Part shown: positions 9,083 through 18,536 of the stretch, one piece after another
Position numbering within the stretch: position 1 is the stretch's first letter
How the letters are laid out: the number at the start of each line of letters is the position of its first letter
NCBI GenBank assembly: GCA_051747585.1
Contig: JBNJGH010000019.1
Span: 1 to 44,229 of the forward strand
Origin: Candidatus Rifleibacteriota bacterium
Lineage (GTDB): Bacteria > Muiribacteriota > Ozemobacteria > Ozemobacterales > Ozemobacteraceae
Length of the DNA: 44,229 nt
Reading direction: 5' to 3'
Translations under genes and position numbers: made by a program
Notes under the pieces: generated by a model
Database searches by the model: none
Told to the model about the DNA's origin: nothing
The model's input: only the letters and a program-made list of their open reading frames with translations

Positions 9083-9127
9083 GACTGCAGTCCAAAAAGA
9101 ACTGTACCGTGCTAACGGTATTGTGGG

Positions 9128-9156
9128 ATTATAAAGCAGCACTGTTGTTATGTCAA
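9128..9156 (-). promoter_or_regulatory. Consensus sigma70 promoter of the tRNA-tuf operon
   Basis: TTGACA-17 nt-TATAAT (perfect consensus) with an A/T-rich upstream region. Confidence 0.92.
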
Positions 9157-9168
9157 TAACTTTTTTAA

Positions 9169-10032
9169 TTATTTTGAAAAAAAATCTTTTTGACGAGCTA
9201 TTTCGCACAAAACAATCGCTGTACTGACTGACACATTCAATGATGTAGTCTCGCCTCTTAAAGGGATAGAAACAAGCTCATCACAAGCTTTTTTAACCCT
9301 GTTACCCAGACCGGCATCTTCACCGCCTGCTACCAGGAGGGTCGGACCGTTGTACCTCAGATCACAATATTTTTTTTCGACACCGCCCTCCAGGCCCGTA
9401 GCCCAGAATCCTCTCGCTTTTATCGCTTCAATTGCGTCTGCCATATTTGTAACTTTTGCAACCGGAAAAACTGAACCGGCCCCTTGGGAAGTTTTTATAG
9501 CCCATTCTGTCATACCGGCACAACGATGCTTGCCAATTATAATACCAGCTGCCCCTATAGCCTCGGCCGTGCGAACAATGGCGCCAAGGTTTCTCGGGTC
9601 TTCGAGTCGGTTGAGTGCTACCAGCACCTGACTACCTTCGAGCGCCAGATCGATCATCTCTTCAAGCTCTCTATAGATAAATGCAGACGCAACAGCACCA
9701 ACCCCCTGGCTTTTAGAGCCAAATAAATCTATAAACTTTTCATTCTCAAGCTCTTCGAGCTTAATATTCAAAGCTGACGCCAGCTTTTTTATCTCGTCGA
9801 TAATTTTTCCCTTTGCGCCCGACTGAATATAAACCTTATGAAGCTTGTGGTTGGTTCGATTTACCATGGCCGCCAGAACTTCGTGCCTGCCCTTTATTTT
9901 GAGTTCTTCTTCGCAGGCAGAGGCATCGGGTCTTGGCCTTTTATCAACGGGTTCTCTGCTTTCGATTTTTACCGCCCTGCTGCTGAAAATCTTTTTCTTG
10001 CCAGGTTTGCCTGATCTGTATTTTTTACTCAT
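9169..10032 (-). CDS. rlmB: 23S rRNA Gm2251 2'-O-methyltransferase (SpoU/TrmH family)
   Basis: DPRNLGAIVRTA, GGEDAGL, IPLRG, SLNVSVS. Conserved cysS-mrnC-rlmB order. Confidence 0.92.
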   Translation of the reverse strand: MSKKYRSGKPGKKKIFSSRAVKIESREPVDKRPRPDASACEEELKIKGRHEVLAAMVNRTNHKLHKVYIQSGAKGKIIDEIKKLASALNIKLEELENEKFIDLFGSKSQGVGAVASAFIYRELEEMIDLALEGSQVLVALNRLEDPRNLGAIVRTAEAIGAAGIIIGKHRCAGMTEWAIKTSQGAGSVFPVAKVTNMADAIEAIKARGFWATGLEGGVEKKYCDLRYNGPTLLVAGGEDAGLGNRVKKACDELVSIPLRGETTSLNVSVSTAIVLCEIARQKDFFSK

Positions 10033-10465
10033 TATTGTCTACCACCAATTCAAGAAGTTTTTGCAGACGTTCGTTTTGCGAGGTTAAAAACAGATATGCA
10101 ACCCAGGCTTCTAATGCTGTGGCCCGGGCATATTCACCTTTGGTGCCTGAACCATAACGAGACGGAAGCTTGGCATTGCGCCAGGTTTTAACCAGAGATT
10201 GCTCTTTTTCGCTCAATTCAGGGAAAATGTGGTTGAACACCTTCGCCTGACCCGTTGCGCTGACATATTCCACCAGCGAATCATGCAATCTTCCCGAATC
10301 ATCGATTCCTCGACGAACATGCATTAAACGAAGCCCCAGCTCATAGACCGCGTCGCCTATATACGCCAGGGTTCTCCCGGGTAGCTTCTCTATCTCTTCT
10401 TTGTTCCAGGCCTTCTGCAGGGCAAACAAATCAGAACCCATAAGTCTGTTTTTATCGACAAACAT
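10025..10465 (-). CDS. mrnC: Mini-ribonuclease III
   Basis: LAYIGDAVYEL and Y..ATALEA RNase III motifs, no dsRBD, located between cysS and rlmB. Confidence 0.9.
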   Translation of the reverse strand: MFVDKNRLMGSDLFALQKAWNKEEIEKLPGRTLAYIGDAVYELGLRLMHVRRGIDDSGRLHDSLVEYVSATGQAKVFNHIFPELSEKEQSLVKTWRNAKLPSRYGSGTKGEYARATALEAWVAYLFLTSQNERLQKLLELVVDNNE

Positions 10466-10468
10466 CGA

Positions 10469-11917
10469 TTAAACCATTCTCCAGCGTGTTCCATCTCGGG
10501 TATCTTCTATAAGAACACCACTTTCTTTAAGCCTGTCTCTTATAGCATCAGCAACATCATAATTTTTCCGGGCTTTCATTTCGCTACGTAATTCGACCAG
10601 CATATCCATAACCGGTGCTATATCGACGCCTGGGGTCTTGCTTTGAGCAGGCGGCAGTATTCCAAGAACGTCGCCACCCCATTCTTTTATAAGATCATAT
10701 ATGGTTTGCGCTCCTTCAGAAGACAAATCATTGGAGCTTATATACTTATTAGCTTCGGTAACAAAGCTGTAAAGAGCGGCTATGGCACCGGGAGTATCTA
10801 TATCGTCATCGAGACGTTCAATTATCTGTTTTGCGACATCATCACAGATGCTTTTAATCTTTTCTTCATTGCCTTTATCAGCTGTTTCAGACTCTATAAT
10901 ATCTATAAGAGCAGTCTGTAATTGTGAAAGGCGGGTAAGACCGGTAGCTGCGGCTTCGATTGCTTCTTCAGTATAATTCGATGGCGAACGATAATGAGTA
11001 GAAAGGACAAAAACTCTTACCGCTTCGGGAGTGTGTCGGGAAAGCAAATCTTCGCAGGTCTTAAAGTTCCCCAGAGATTTTCCCATTTTTATACCGTCTA
11101 CTGTAACCATATTATTATGTACCCAATAGCGGCAGAAGGGTTCAGAATTTAAAGCCTCAGCCTGAGCTATTTCGCATTCGTGATGGGGAAATTTGTTTTC
11201 GAGTCCGCCGCCATGAATATCTATTGTTTTGCCTAAATATTTATTGGCCATTACCGAGCATTCAATATGCCATCCAGGATAGCCTTCGCCCCAGGGTGAG
11301 TTCCATTTTAAAATATGGCCCGGCTCGGCTTTTTTCCATAATGCAAAGTCAAAAGGACTCCGCTTCTCTGAGCGGGATTCCACCCTTGTGCCTTCCTGTT
11401 GGTCATCGAGACGTCTGCCTGACAATTTGCCATATTCAGGAAAGGTTTCTACAGAATAATAAACGTTGCCATCAACTTCATAGGCCACACCTTTTTTAAT
11501 CAGTTCTTGAACTGCTTCGATCTGGTCGCAGATATGCTGACTGGCTCTTACATAAAAATTCGGATGCTCGATGCGCAGTTTTTCCATATCGTTCATATAC
11601 TGACGAGTCCATTTGTCGACTATTTCCCAGGGATGAACCTTGTCTATGCGTGCCTGACGCTGAATTTTATCTTCGCCTGAATCGGCATCGTCGGTCAGAT
11701 GACCCACATCAGTTATGTTCTGAATATATCTAACTTTAAGTCCTGATTTGCGAAGATGTTTAACCAGGACATCAAAAGTAATATAACTTTTTGCATGCCC
11801 AAGATGAGGAGGGCCATAGACGGTAGGACCGCAAACATAAATGCCTACATTCCCTTCCTGTATCGGAATAAATTTTTCTTTCTGTCTGGTGAGTGAATTA
11901 TATAGTGTAAGTGCCAT
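10469..11917 (-). CDS. cysS: Cysteine--tRNA ligase
   Basis: [12 protein letters not shown] (HIGH), [20 protein letters not shown]. Start moved to ATG 11917 (GGAGG upstream). Confidence 0.98.
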   Translation of the reverse strand: MALTLYNSLTRQKEKFIPIQEGNVGIYVCGPTVYGPPHLGHAKSYITFDVLVKHLRKSGLKVRYIQNITDVGHLTDDADSGEDKIQRQARIDKVHPWEIVDKWTRQYMNDMEKLRIEHPNFYVRASQHICDQIEAVQELIKKGVAYEVDGNVYYSVETFPEYGKLSGRRLDDQQEGTRVESRSEKRSPFDFALWKKAEPGHILKWNSPWGEGYPGWHIECSVMANKYLGKTIDIHGGGLENKFPHHECEIAQAEALNSEPFCRYWVHNNMVTVDGIKMGKSLGNFKTCEDLLSRHTPEAVRVFVLSTHYRSPSNYTEEAIEAAATGLTRLSQLQTALIDIIESETADKGNEEKIKSICDDVAKQIIERLDDDIDTPGAIAALYSFVTEANKYISSNDLSSEGAQTIYDLIKEWGGDVLGILPPAQSKTPGVDIAPVMDMLVELRSEMKARKNYDVADAIRDRLKESGVLIEDTRDGTRWRMV

Positions 11918-12038
11918 GACAGCCTCCAAGCATATTAATAAAATCAGGCTCTGATAATAACATAAAAATAAAATTTTGCGCTCACATCTTGCAACCTGCC
12001 GATAAATATTTAAGTATATATATAGACAGGAGAAAAAT

Positions 12039-12242
12039 ATGGCCAGTTCAAGCACAACCTCGGAATACATTCTCGACAAGCTTGCCGAAGGTGCCAGCTT
12101 CAAGGATCTCCAAAGCAAGCATGGTTACAGCAAAAAGGACCTGCTGACCGCCGCACTTTTTGGTGTTTCTGAGTTGCAGGGCGAATATATTGAACTGCTG
12201 AAAAAATACGGCAGATTCAATGATTACCACGGTATTAAATAA
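12039..12242 (+). CDS. Small protein, possible DUF433-like HTH
   Basis: AGGAG SD. ILDKLAEGASFKDL...KKDLLTAALFG resembles the DUF433 C-terminal pattern IL..LA.G.S..EI....DI.AAL.Y. An imperfect hairpin follows at 12246-12281. Confidence 0.6.
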   Translation: MASSSTTSEYILDKLAEGASFKDLQSKHGYSKKDLLTAALFGVSELQGEYIELLKKYGRFNDYHGIK

Positions 12243-12485
12243 AACTTCCCTTTTGTTGTCTTAAAGGACGCAAAAAGGGAATTCAGATAATTATACGGAT
12301 ATAATAAAACTATTGATTATTAATCAGTCTGAAAGATAACCGTAGATATATCCGGCAAAAGCACAGATGCTGATAATTATTGCCCACCATATAAAGCGAA
12401 ATATTGACATAGCTTCCTCCATAAATTTGTTTACTCAAGAATAATATCATAGACTATCAGGAGCGTCAAAGCAGCAAAACAGTAA

Positions 12486-14111
12486 ATGAAAGGTAAAGGT
12501 AAAATGACCTGCAGCTTATCATCGATAAAAAAGAATTTAATCAGGTTTGTAATCTCAGGAGCACTTGTTTTTACATCTGTTTCTCTATTTGCTTTTGATA
12601 ACACCAACATTCTGGTTCAGGAAGCGGTAAACCATATATATCAACGTCGATATCTGCAGGCGCACAAGGCGTTAAAAGAAGCCTATGAACAATCACCACG
12701 GCATCCGGGAGTTCATTTCAACCTCGGGCGACTTTTTGAGCTGACGGGCAATTACAAGGAAGCAACCAAAGAATACAGGCTGGCGTCTGCCCTCGACAGC
12801 TCAATGGTATCTGCAAAACGCGGAATTGCTCGATGTCTGGTTGAAATTAAACGAGCCAAAGTAAAAAAAATGCAACAAACACCTCGACAACAGCCTGAAT
12901 CCGAAACCAGGGATCCAGACACACAAATTGTCAGACAAGAACCTGAACCTGATCACAAACCGGTTATAGTAAGACAGCCGGCTCAACCGCAAATCAAAAA
13001 TATCAAGGAATTAAAGCTGCCAAAATTGCCTGATCAGCCAGACAGAAACAAATCTTCTCTTGAAAATAGAACAGAACAATTGTTGACTGATGGTAAAACC
13101 GATGAAGCATTAAAATTAATCAAGGCTCAGTTAAAAAAATCTCCAGACAAAGCTTCACTACATTTTCTCGCCGGGAAAGCCCTGAGCATAAAAGGCGACC
13201 TCTTTGATTCAATCAAACATCTTGAACAGGCTATAAGAGTAAATGAAAGCTATTATGACGCCTATCTTTTACTGGGAAGAAACTATGCCAAAGTAAATCT
13301 GCTCGAAGATGCAATAAAAAACTACAAGCTTTATTATGCAGTTAAGCCTCAAGCTAGAATAGCACTTGAAATAGCCCGAATTTATGAATCAATGGGCATG
13401 CTCAATGAATCGCGCGAATTTTATTCCCGCGCCAATGTCATGACTCCCGGTAACCCGAACCTGCAAACGAAACTCAACGCGTCAACCCACAGCCTTGGCA
13501 ATGAGCTTTACTTAAGAGCTAACCACGCTTTTACCACTGAAAAATATGCTGAAGCCTTGAATCTTTTTAACCAGGCAATAGAAACCGGCGGGCTGGAAGA
13601 CTCTTACAAGCGCGATGCCTTGAGAAAACTTGAAATCAGCAGATTTAAACTCGAGCAAATAAAAAAAGAACAGGCTCCGGCGAAACAGGGTTTTGCAAAA
13701 ACGAGAAAAACTTTTGGAACAGTTAATCTTTTATATCCGCAACTGACGGATATCAATTTCAAAACCAGATTTACCGGCCCGGTAACAGTTGAATGGCGCG
13801 GATACATTGCCAGAAAAATTTCGCGATACGGCCGAGATTTTCTACTGATGATAAAAGAATTGACCCGCGATGAACTCGATGCAATGAATCGAGACCGAAA
13901 TGATTATCGACTCAACAAACATTTCAACAACCAGGCGGTATTTTTAGTGGCAGCTAAAGAGAATGGGTTCCCTCCATTTGCCAAGGAAGGAAAAATGATT
14001 ACCTTCACCGGAACAACAGACTGGAGAACATATAACATTATAAATGATCTGGGCCAATCGGTAGAATTACCTGCTTTCGAATTTATCTCAGCTTATCCAG
14101 CAAATCGATGA
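12486..14111 (+). CDS. Exported tetratricopeptide-repeat protein
   Basis: N-terminal signal-like segment, several TPR motifs (HFNLGRLFELTGNYKEA, YLLLGRNY), Pro/Gln-rich linker and a beta-rich C-terminal domain. The start may be 12504. Confidence 0.85.
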   Translation: MKGKGKMTCSLSSIKKNLIRFVISGALVFTSVSLFAFDNTNILVQEAVNHIYQRRYLQAHKALKEAYEQSPRHPGVHFNLGRLFELTGNYKEATKEYRLASALDSSMVSAKRGIARCLVEIKRAKVKKMQQTPRQQPESETRDPDTQIVRQEPEPDHKPVIVRQPAQPQIKNIKELKLPKLPDQPDRNKSSLENRTEQLLTDGKTDEALKLIKAQLKKSPDKASLHFLAGKALSIKGDLFDSIKHLEQAIRVNESYYDAYLLLGRNYAKVNLLEDAIKNYKLYYAVKPQARIALEIARIYESMGMLNESREFYSRANVMTPGNPNLQTKLNASTHSLGNELYLRANHAFTTEKYAEALNLFNQAIETGGLEDSYKRDALRKLEISRFKLEQIKKEQAPAKQGFAKTRKTFGTVNLLYPQLTDINFKTRFTGPVTVEWRGYIARKISRYGRDFLLMIKELTRDELDAMNRDRNDYRLNKHFNNQAVFLVAAKENGFPPFAKEGKMITFTGTTDWRTYNIINDLGQSVELPAFEFISAYPANR

Positions 14112-14656
14112 AAAATAAATTATTCACGATAATTTTATTGTCTTTTTGCTTGCCGCAACTGCTATTTTCTGCGCAACCCGATTATTTAAATACCTTAGAA
14201 AGAAAAATGGTTCGAACCAGGTTTGCAGAATATTTTTGTTCGCAATCAATTTCCAGAAATGAAATAGAAAAAGTAAAAGAATGCATCGAAAACCCGCCTT
14301 GTTTTAATCGTCCCTTTATTCAGACTCTCAGGGATTATTTTATTATCTGTTATTTTCCATCGTATTTCAAAAATGATCTGAAAATCTGTTTTAACAGTCA
14401 AAAGATTCTGGTAGAAGCTGTGAAGATGTACAACCAGGAACACAGGATAAAATTAAGAAGCATCAGTGATGAAATGGTTAAGAAAGGTTTTACGCCACTG
14501 ATACCCGAATATCTTCGCCATCCATTTCCACGAGGGAATAAGGAATGTTGCTATAAAAGTTTGGGCGACATAACCAGTAAAGCGGGACTCTTTATTTACT
14601 GCACTTACCACGGAAGTGTGCAAAACCTTGATGAATTTCTCAAAAAGTTAAAATAA
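14108..14656 (+). CDS. Exported hypothetical protein with Cys-containing, pilin-like C-terminal domain
   Basis: Sec-type signal peptide, ATGA overlap with the upstream TPR gene, motif ICFNSQKILVEAVKMYN...YL...C.Y...IYCTYHG. Confidence 0.7.
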   Translation: MKNKLFTIILLSFCLPQLLFSAQPDYLNTLERKMVRTRFAEYFCSQSISRNEIEKVKECIENPPCFNRPFIQTLRDYFIICYFPSYFKNDLKICFNSQKILVEAVKMYNQEHRIKLRSISDEMVKKGFTPLIPEYLRHPFPRGNKECCYKSLGDITSKAGLFIYCTYHGSVQNLDEFLKKLK

Positions 14657-14657
14657 A

Positions 14658-16400
14658 TTACAAGTCTCTAAAAGTAGATATCTGGCGAGAAACATTAAAA
14701 CAGACATTGTCTGCAATACCTGTCTTTATTTCGGCATCATAGTCAATTACCACTTTATTAGGCATTATCAGAGGCCCATCTTCGCCTTTCTGACGATTGA
14801 GTTCATCAACAACCAGGTTGCCGAAAATATTAACCTTCTGGCCGCCAATCATGCTGTTTTTAGCATAAACTGCAGCTTCTATTTTTGCCGATTCGAGCTC
14901 ACGGGGAACTCTTAACTTACCTTTTAAAGCCACAAGAGAAAGAAAAGACTTTGCACTGTCATGAACCACGTCGCCCTCGATAAAAATATCTCCGTCGGTT
15001 ACAATCATTCCCTTACCGGAAATTCGCCCTTTAAGATAAACGTTACCCTGAACATATATAAGCCCCATGACGGTTGCAGGCTTTGAATAGGTGCCTTCAA
15101 GAACCAGATCTTTTTCATAAAACTCATGGCAGTAATTTCTGGCATGTTTGCTAATTCTTTCGAGCTGAAGCGGCTCCAATTTATCGGGATTACGGTCGAC
15201 AAAGTCAAATTTTGTATTGATGGTATAGGGGTCGGAACTTGGATAAGGAGTTTCGGTAATACCAAGCATATAAGGTTTGAGCTTCTGATAATATTTTATA
15301 ATTTCGCCTTCGTAATAGGTATATTTACTTAAATACGGGTCATGTAGCTGGTTACTGCAAAAAAGATAGCCAATTTCGGGCCTTTGATGAGAAAATATTT
15401 CGTTATCTTCAAAATAATTGATAATATCATCTGCGGCGAAAAACGGCAGATAAACATGAAGTCGGCCATTGGTTCTTATTCTTCCCCATTGGTAGGGGTG
15501 AAGTTTTTGAATAGTAGTATCCACATAGTCTTTAATATCAATGTCACTGGTAGACATTACCAGATCTTTGATTACAGTTAGAGTCCGTCTTTTTATTTCG
15601 CCTTCGAAACTGACGTTACTGGCCATATTTGGCTCCCAGAACAGGTCGCCTGCGCTTGCTCCCATGGTTTCTTTAAAAGCATGATTGGTTTTAACCGCAA
15701 GATCATCTACTAAAGCCTTTAAGTCTCTTACCACACTCCAGTTACGGCAACGAAACTCGCCATGCCGCATGTATTCATCCTTGTCGCTGGAAATAAACAA
15801 AGTATAATTCTCTGCGGGCGGAGTAAGGTCGGTAACTTTTATTTCTTTTATAACTTCAAGCTTTTTTTTAGCGTTTTTAAATTTTCCTTCTGCCTGAAAG
15901 CTCAAAACGCCTTCATATCCACCTAAAGCCTTATCTGCATATGTATATTTATTTTCTTTCTTATAGATTTTGAGCATGGCAGGCACTTCTTCATATTCAT
16001 CTATATAAGACTTAAGAGGTGTTGAATCAACATTTTTAACTTTGACAAGAACCTCTGCACTACCATTTTCAACTAGTTCCCCTTCATCGATAGTTATCCT
16101 GAGAACAAAGTTTTCGATTCGATCTATGTCAAGAAGGTTAAGCATTTGGTCATTGATCTTGCCGTCTTCATCGAGTAATTCTTCGTCAAAAAGTTTGCGC
16201 AATTTAATTTGAGCCTTTTCAATGGCAGCTTCTGCCAGATAATAGGCCTGTAAATTTTCGCCCAGTTTGTAAGTTATTCCCTTTTCCTGGGTCATATAAT
16301 TAATCAGCAACATGCCGAAAATGTAAAGAATACCAACTACGGTTATAAGCAGAAACATTGCACTGCCTTTTTTTCGAAAACTTCTAAATAAACAATTCAT
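14658..16400 (-). CDS. Large PilX/GspK-like prepilin-type protein (580 aa)
   Basis: Start moved to ATG 16400 (GAGGTG upstream). RKKG|SAMFLLITVVGIL...QAYYLAEAAIEKA is a PilX-type N-terminus without Glu5. The C-terminus has Gly/Val-rich beta repeats (GLIYVQGNVYLKGRISGKGMIVTDGDIFIEGDV). Confidence 0.75.
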   Translation of the reverse strand: MNCLFRSFRKKGSAMFLLITVVGILYIFGMLLINYMTQEKGITYKLGENLQAYYLAEAAIEKAQIKLRKLFDEELLDEDGKINDQMLNLLDIDRIENFVLRITIDEGELVENGSAEVLVKVKNVDSTPLKSYIDEYEEVPAMLKIYKKENKYTYADKALGGYEGVLSFQAEGKFKNAKKKLEVIKEIKVTDLTPPAENYTLFISSDKDEYMRHGEFRCRNWSVVRDLKALVDDLAVKTNHAFKETMGASAGDLFWEPNMASNVSFEGEIKRRTLTVIKDLVMSTSDIDIKDYVDTTIQKLHPYQWGRIRTNGRLHVYLPFFAADDIINYFEDNEIFSHQRPEIGYLFCSNQLHDPYLSKYTYYEGEIIKYYQKLKPYMLGITETPYPSSDPYTINTKFDFVDRNPDKLEPLQLERISKHARNYCHEFYEKDLVLEGTYSKPATVMGLIYVQGNVYLKGRISGKGMIVTDGDIFIEGDVVHDSAKSFLSLVALKGKLRVPRELESAKIEAAVYAKNSMIGGQKVNIFGNLVVDELNRQKGEDGPLIMPNKVVIDYDAEIKTGIADNVCFNVSRQISTFRDL

Positions 16401-16413
16401 CAGATTCACCTCG

Positions 16414-17539
16414 TTAATCTTCACCGATGTTAGAGGACTTTTCTCCATTTGCATGCCATTTTAGATAGGCTTTAATAAAAGGTTCGAGGTCACCATCCAT
16501 TACTTTTTTAACATCTGAGGTCTGTTGGCCTGTTCTCACATCTTTTACCAAAGTATAGGGGCAAAACACATAAGATCTAATCTGGCTACCCCAGGCAATA
16601 TCTTTCATTTCGCCCTGTATATTCTTTATCTCTTTTTTCTGTTCTTGTTGTTGACGTTCGTACAGCTTTGCCTTCAACATTTTCAATGCAACTTCGCGGT
16701 TGGCATGCTGGCTTCTTTCGATCTGACAAGCCACAACTATGCCGGAGGGAATATGAGTTACCCTTACCGCACTGCTGGTCTTGTTTACATGCTGTCCACC
16801 GGCTCCGGAACTTCTAAAGAAATCCAGCTTTATATCATCATCTTTGATCTCTATATCTATATCATCAGGTAAAACTGGCAAAACGTCAACTGCCGAGAAA
16901 CTGGTGTGCCTTCGAGCATTTGAATCAAAAGGTGATATGCGGACAAGCCGATGAACCCCTTTTTCTGCTTTTAAATATCCGTAAGCATAGCTGCCTTTAA
17001 CCAGAATTGTTACAGATTTTATTCCCTGCTCTTCTTCCTGCAATTCAAGAACCTGATATTTAAATCCCGCTCTTTCTATATAACGCACATACATTCGATA
17101 AAGCATAGAGGCCCAGTCACAAGACTCTGTTCCGCCCGCACCCGGCTTTATAGACAAATAGGTGTCTGAAGAATCATAAGGCTCAGAAAGAAAAGCCGTA
17201 AGCTCGAGAGAATCAATTTTCTTTTCGATCGGGCCAAGCTGCTTAAAAAGTTCGGCAAAGGTTTCGCTATCTTCTTCGGCTTCGCTTATTTCCATAAGTT
17301 CAACCGTATCGCTGAATTCCTGCGACACTTCTTCGAATCCGTCGCAGGATTTTCTCAGATCTGCGATCTCCTGCGAGATTGCCTGAGCTCTGGCTCTATC
17401 GCTCCAGAAATTCGGGTCAAGGGTCGAGGCTTCGAGTTCTTCTATCTTGAGTCTGCGGGTGGGCAGGTCAAAGATAGCTCCCGATGCCGGAGAGTCGTTC
17501 TTTTAATTCGCGGATTTTTTCAACTGTTTCAAATTCCAC
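16414..17539 (-). CDS. prfB: Peptide chain release factor 2 (programmed +1 frameshift, about 374 aa)
   Basis: SPF and GGQ motifs. GTG start at 17539 (AGGAGG upstream), 23 codons, then CTT-TGA-C at 17473-17467, continuing in the +1 frame into the 16414..17328 ORF. Confidence 0.97.
17467..17482 (-). promoter_or_regulatory. prfB frameshift cassette
   Basis: GGGAG-C-TAT-CTT-TGA-C: internal SD-like sequence plus the slippery CTT TGA. Confidence 0.95.
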
Positions 17540-17559
17540 TTTAACTTCCTCCTGAGATA

Positions 17560-18027
17560 TTAGCGACTGATACGAACCAGCCTTTTCAATGTACTTTCTT
17601 TACCACCATAACTGCCATAGGCAATAACTTCAAGGGTAATTACGGCTTCTTCATGACTTACAGATTCAACCTTGAAACCTTTAATGCCATAGCTGAATTT
17701 ACGATTCGACGAATCATTATCAGGCGGCACTATAATGTCTTCACAAAAAATACCTTCAAGTTTATCTATTTCATCGGAGTCGGCCTGCTCAATCGCTTTG
17801 ATAGACTCAGGCCGGAGTCTCTGCATTGTTTTGAATTTAAGATAAAAATGCTCAAAAGCCGAACGCGCCAGCAAACTTGCCTGCCTGCTTTTTAACACCT
17901 GCTGATAACGACTGCGCAGGTTAGACATGGTCCAGGACAATGAAGCTATATAAATTGCCAGGCAAAGAACAAGCCCAAGGATTATGGGCATTACTATTCC
18001 TTTTCTGCAGTTGATATTTAACCTCAT
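17560..18027 (-). CDS. PilX-like minor (pseudo)pilin
   Basis: CRKG|IVMPIILGLVLCL...QASLLARSAFEHF: class III signal without Glu5. Confidence 0.75.
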   Translation of the reverse strand: MRLNINCRKGIVMPIILGLVLCLAIYIASLSWTMSNLRSRYQQVLKSRQASLLARSAFEHFYLKFKTMQRLRPESIKAIEQADSDEIDKLEGIFCEDIIVPPDNDSSNRKFSYGIKGFKVESVSHEEAVITLEVIAYGSYGGKESTLKRLVRISR

Positions 18028-18500
18028 AAATTAGCCCTGTAAGCGACAAGCTCTATATGATGCCGATTATCATCGCCCCATTCAGCCGAAACAATAAGCT
18101 TTTTTAATCCTTCTTCTACACGAGCTCTTTGCAAAATCCCCGAAAAAGAATCTTTATAAGCAGAAAATTCAGCGGGAAGGGTTTCTACCTTGAGTTTAAA
18201 ACTAACGAGGTTTTTTGCGATCTGTTTTTGCTTTAAATCTAGATCAACATTAAAGGGATTGTCTATAAGAACATCTTTACTAATTCCTATGGGTATACGA
18301 TTGAAAGGCATACTCATAGCAATATTAAGTCTTTCTTCTACCTGGTTGAGAATCTGGTAATAATCACCAAGTTCTGAACTTCCTCTGGTATACTCAATGA
18401 GAAACATGCTCATTGGCAGGGCCAGTGTTGAAAGAACGGCCATAGCTATCAACACTTCGACCAGAGAAATCGCTTTTTTACTTTTCAGGCGGAAAGGCAT
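18024..18500 (-). CDS. PilV/GspI-like prepilin
   Basis: KSKKA|ISLVEVLIAMAVL: class III signal with Glu5. Start moved to ATG 18500. Confidence 0.85.
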   Translation of the reverse strand: MPFRLKSKKAISLVEVLIAMAVLSTLALPMSMFLIEYTRGSSELGDYYQILNQVEERLNIAMSMPFNRIPIGISKDVLIDNPFNVDLDLKQKQIAKNLVSFKLKVETLPAEFSAYKDSFSGILQRARVEEGLKKLIVSAEWGDDNRHHIELVAYRANL

Positions 18501-18536
18501 ATTTGCCCCCAAATTAAAACAGAGATAAATACTTAC

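Noticed and set aside
8963..9208. 81-aa ORF over the tRNA cluster
   Set aside because: It overlaps tRNA-Thr, tRNA-Tyr and their promoter.
11918..12118. 67-aa N-terminal extension of CysS in the ORF track
   Set aside because: The true start is ATG 11917 with a GGAGG SD. The extension overlaps the divergent small gene and its promoter region.
12246..12370. Possible c-di-GMP-I riboswitch (GACGCAAA and GGCAAA words, 8-bp inverted repeat 12296-12354)
   Set aside because: The motifs are in the wrong order and the P1/P2 architecture cannot be built. The first hairpin is better read as a terminator-like structure.
16414..17539. prfB as a pseudogene or sequencing error
   Set aside because: The disruption is exactly the canonical CTT-TGA-C programmed frameshift with an upstream SD-like sequence.
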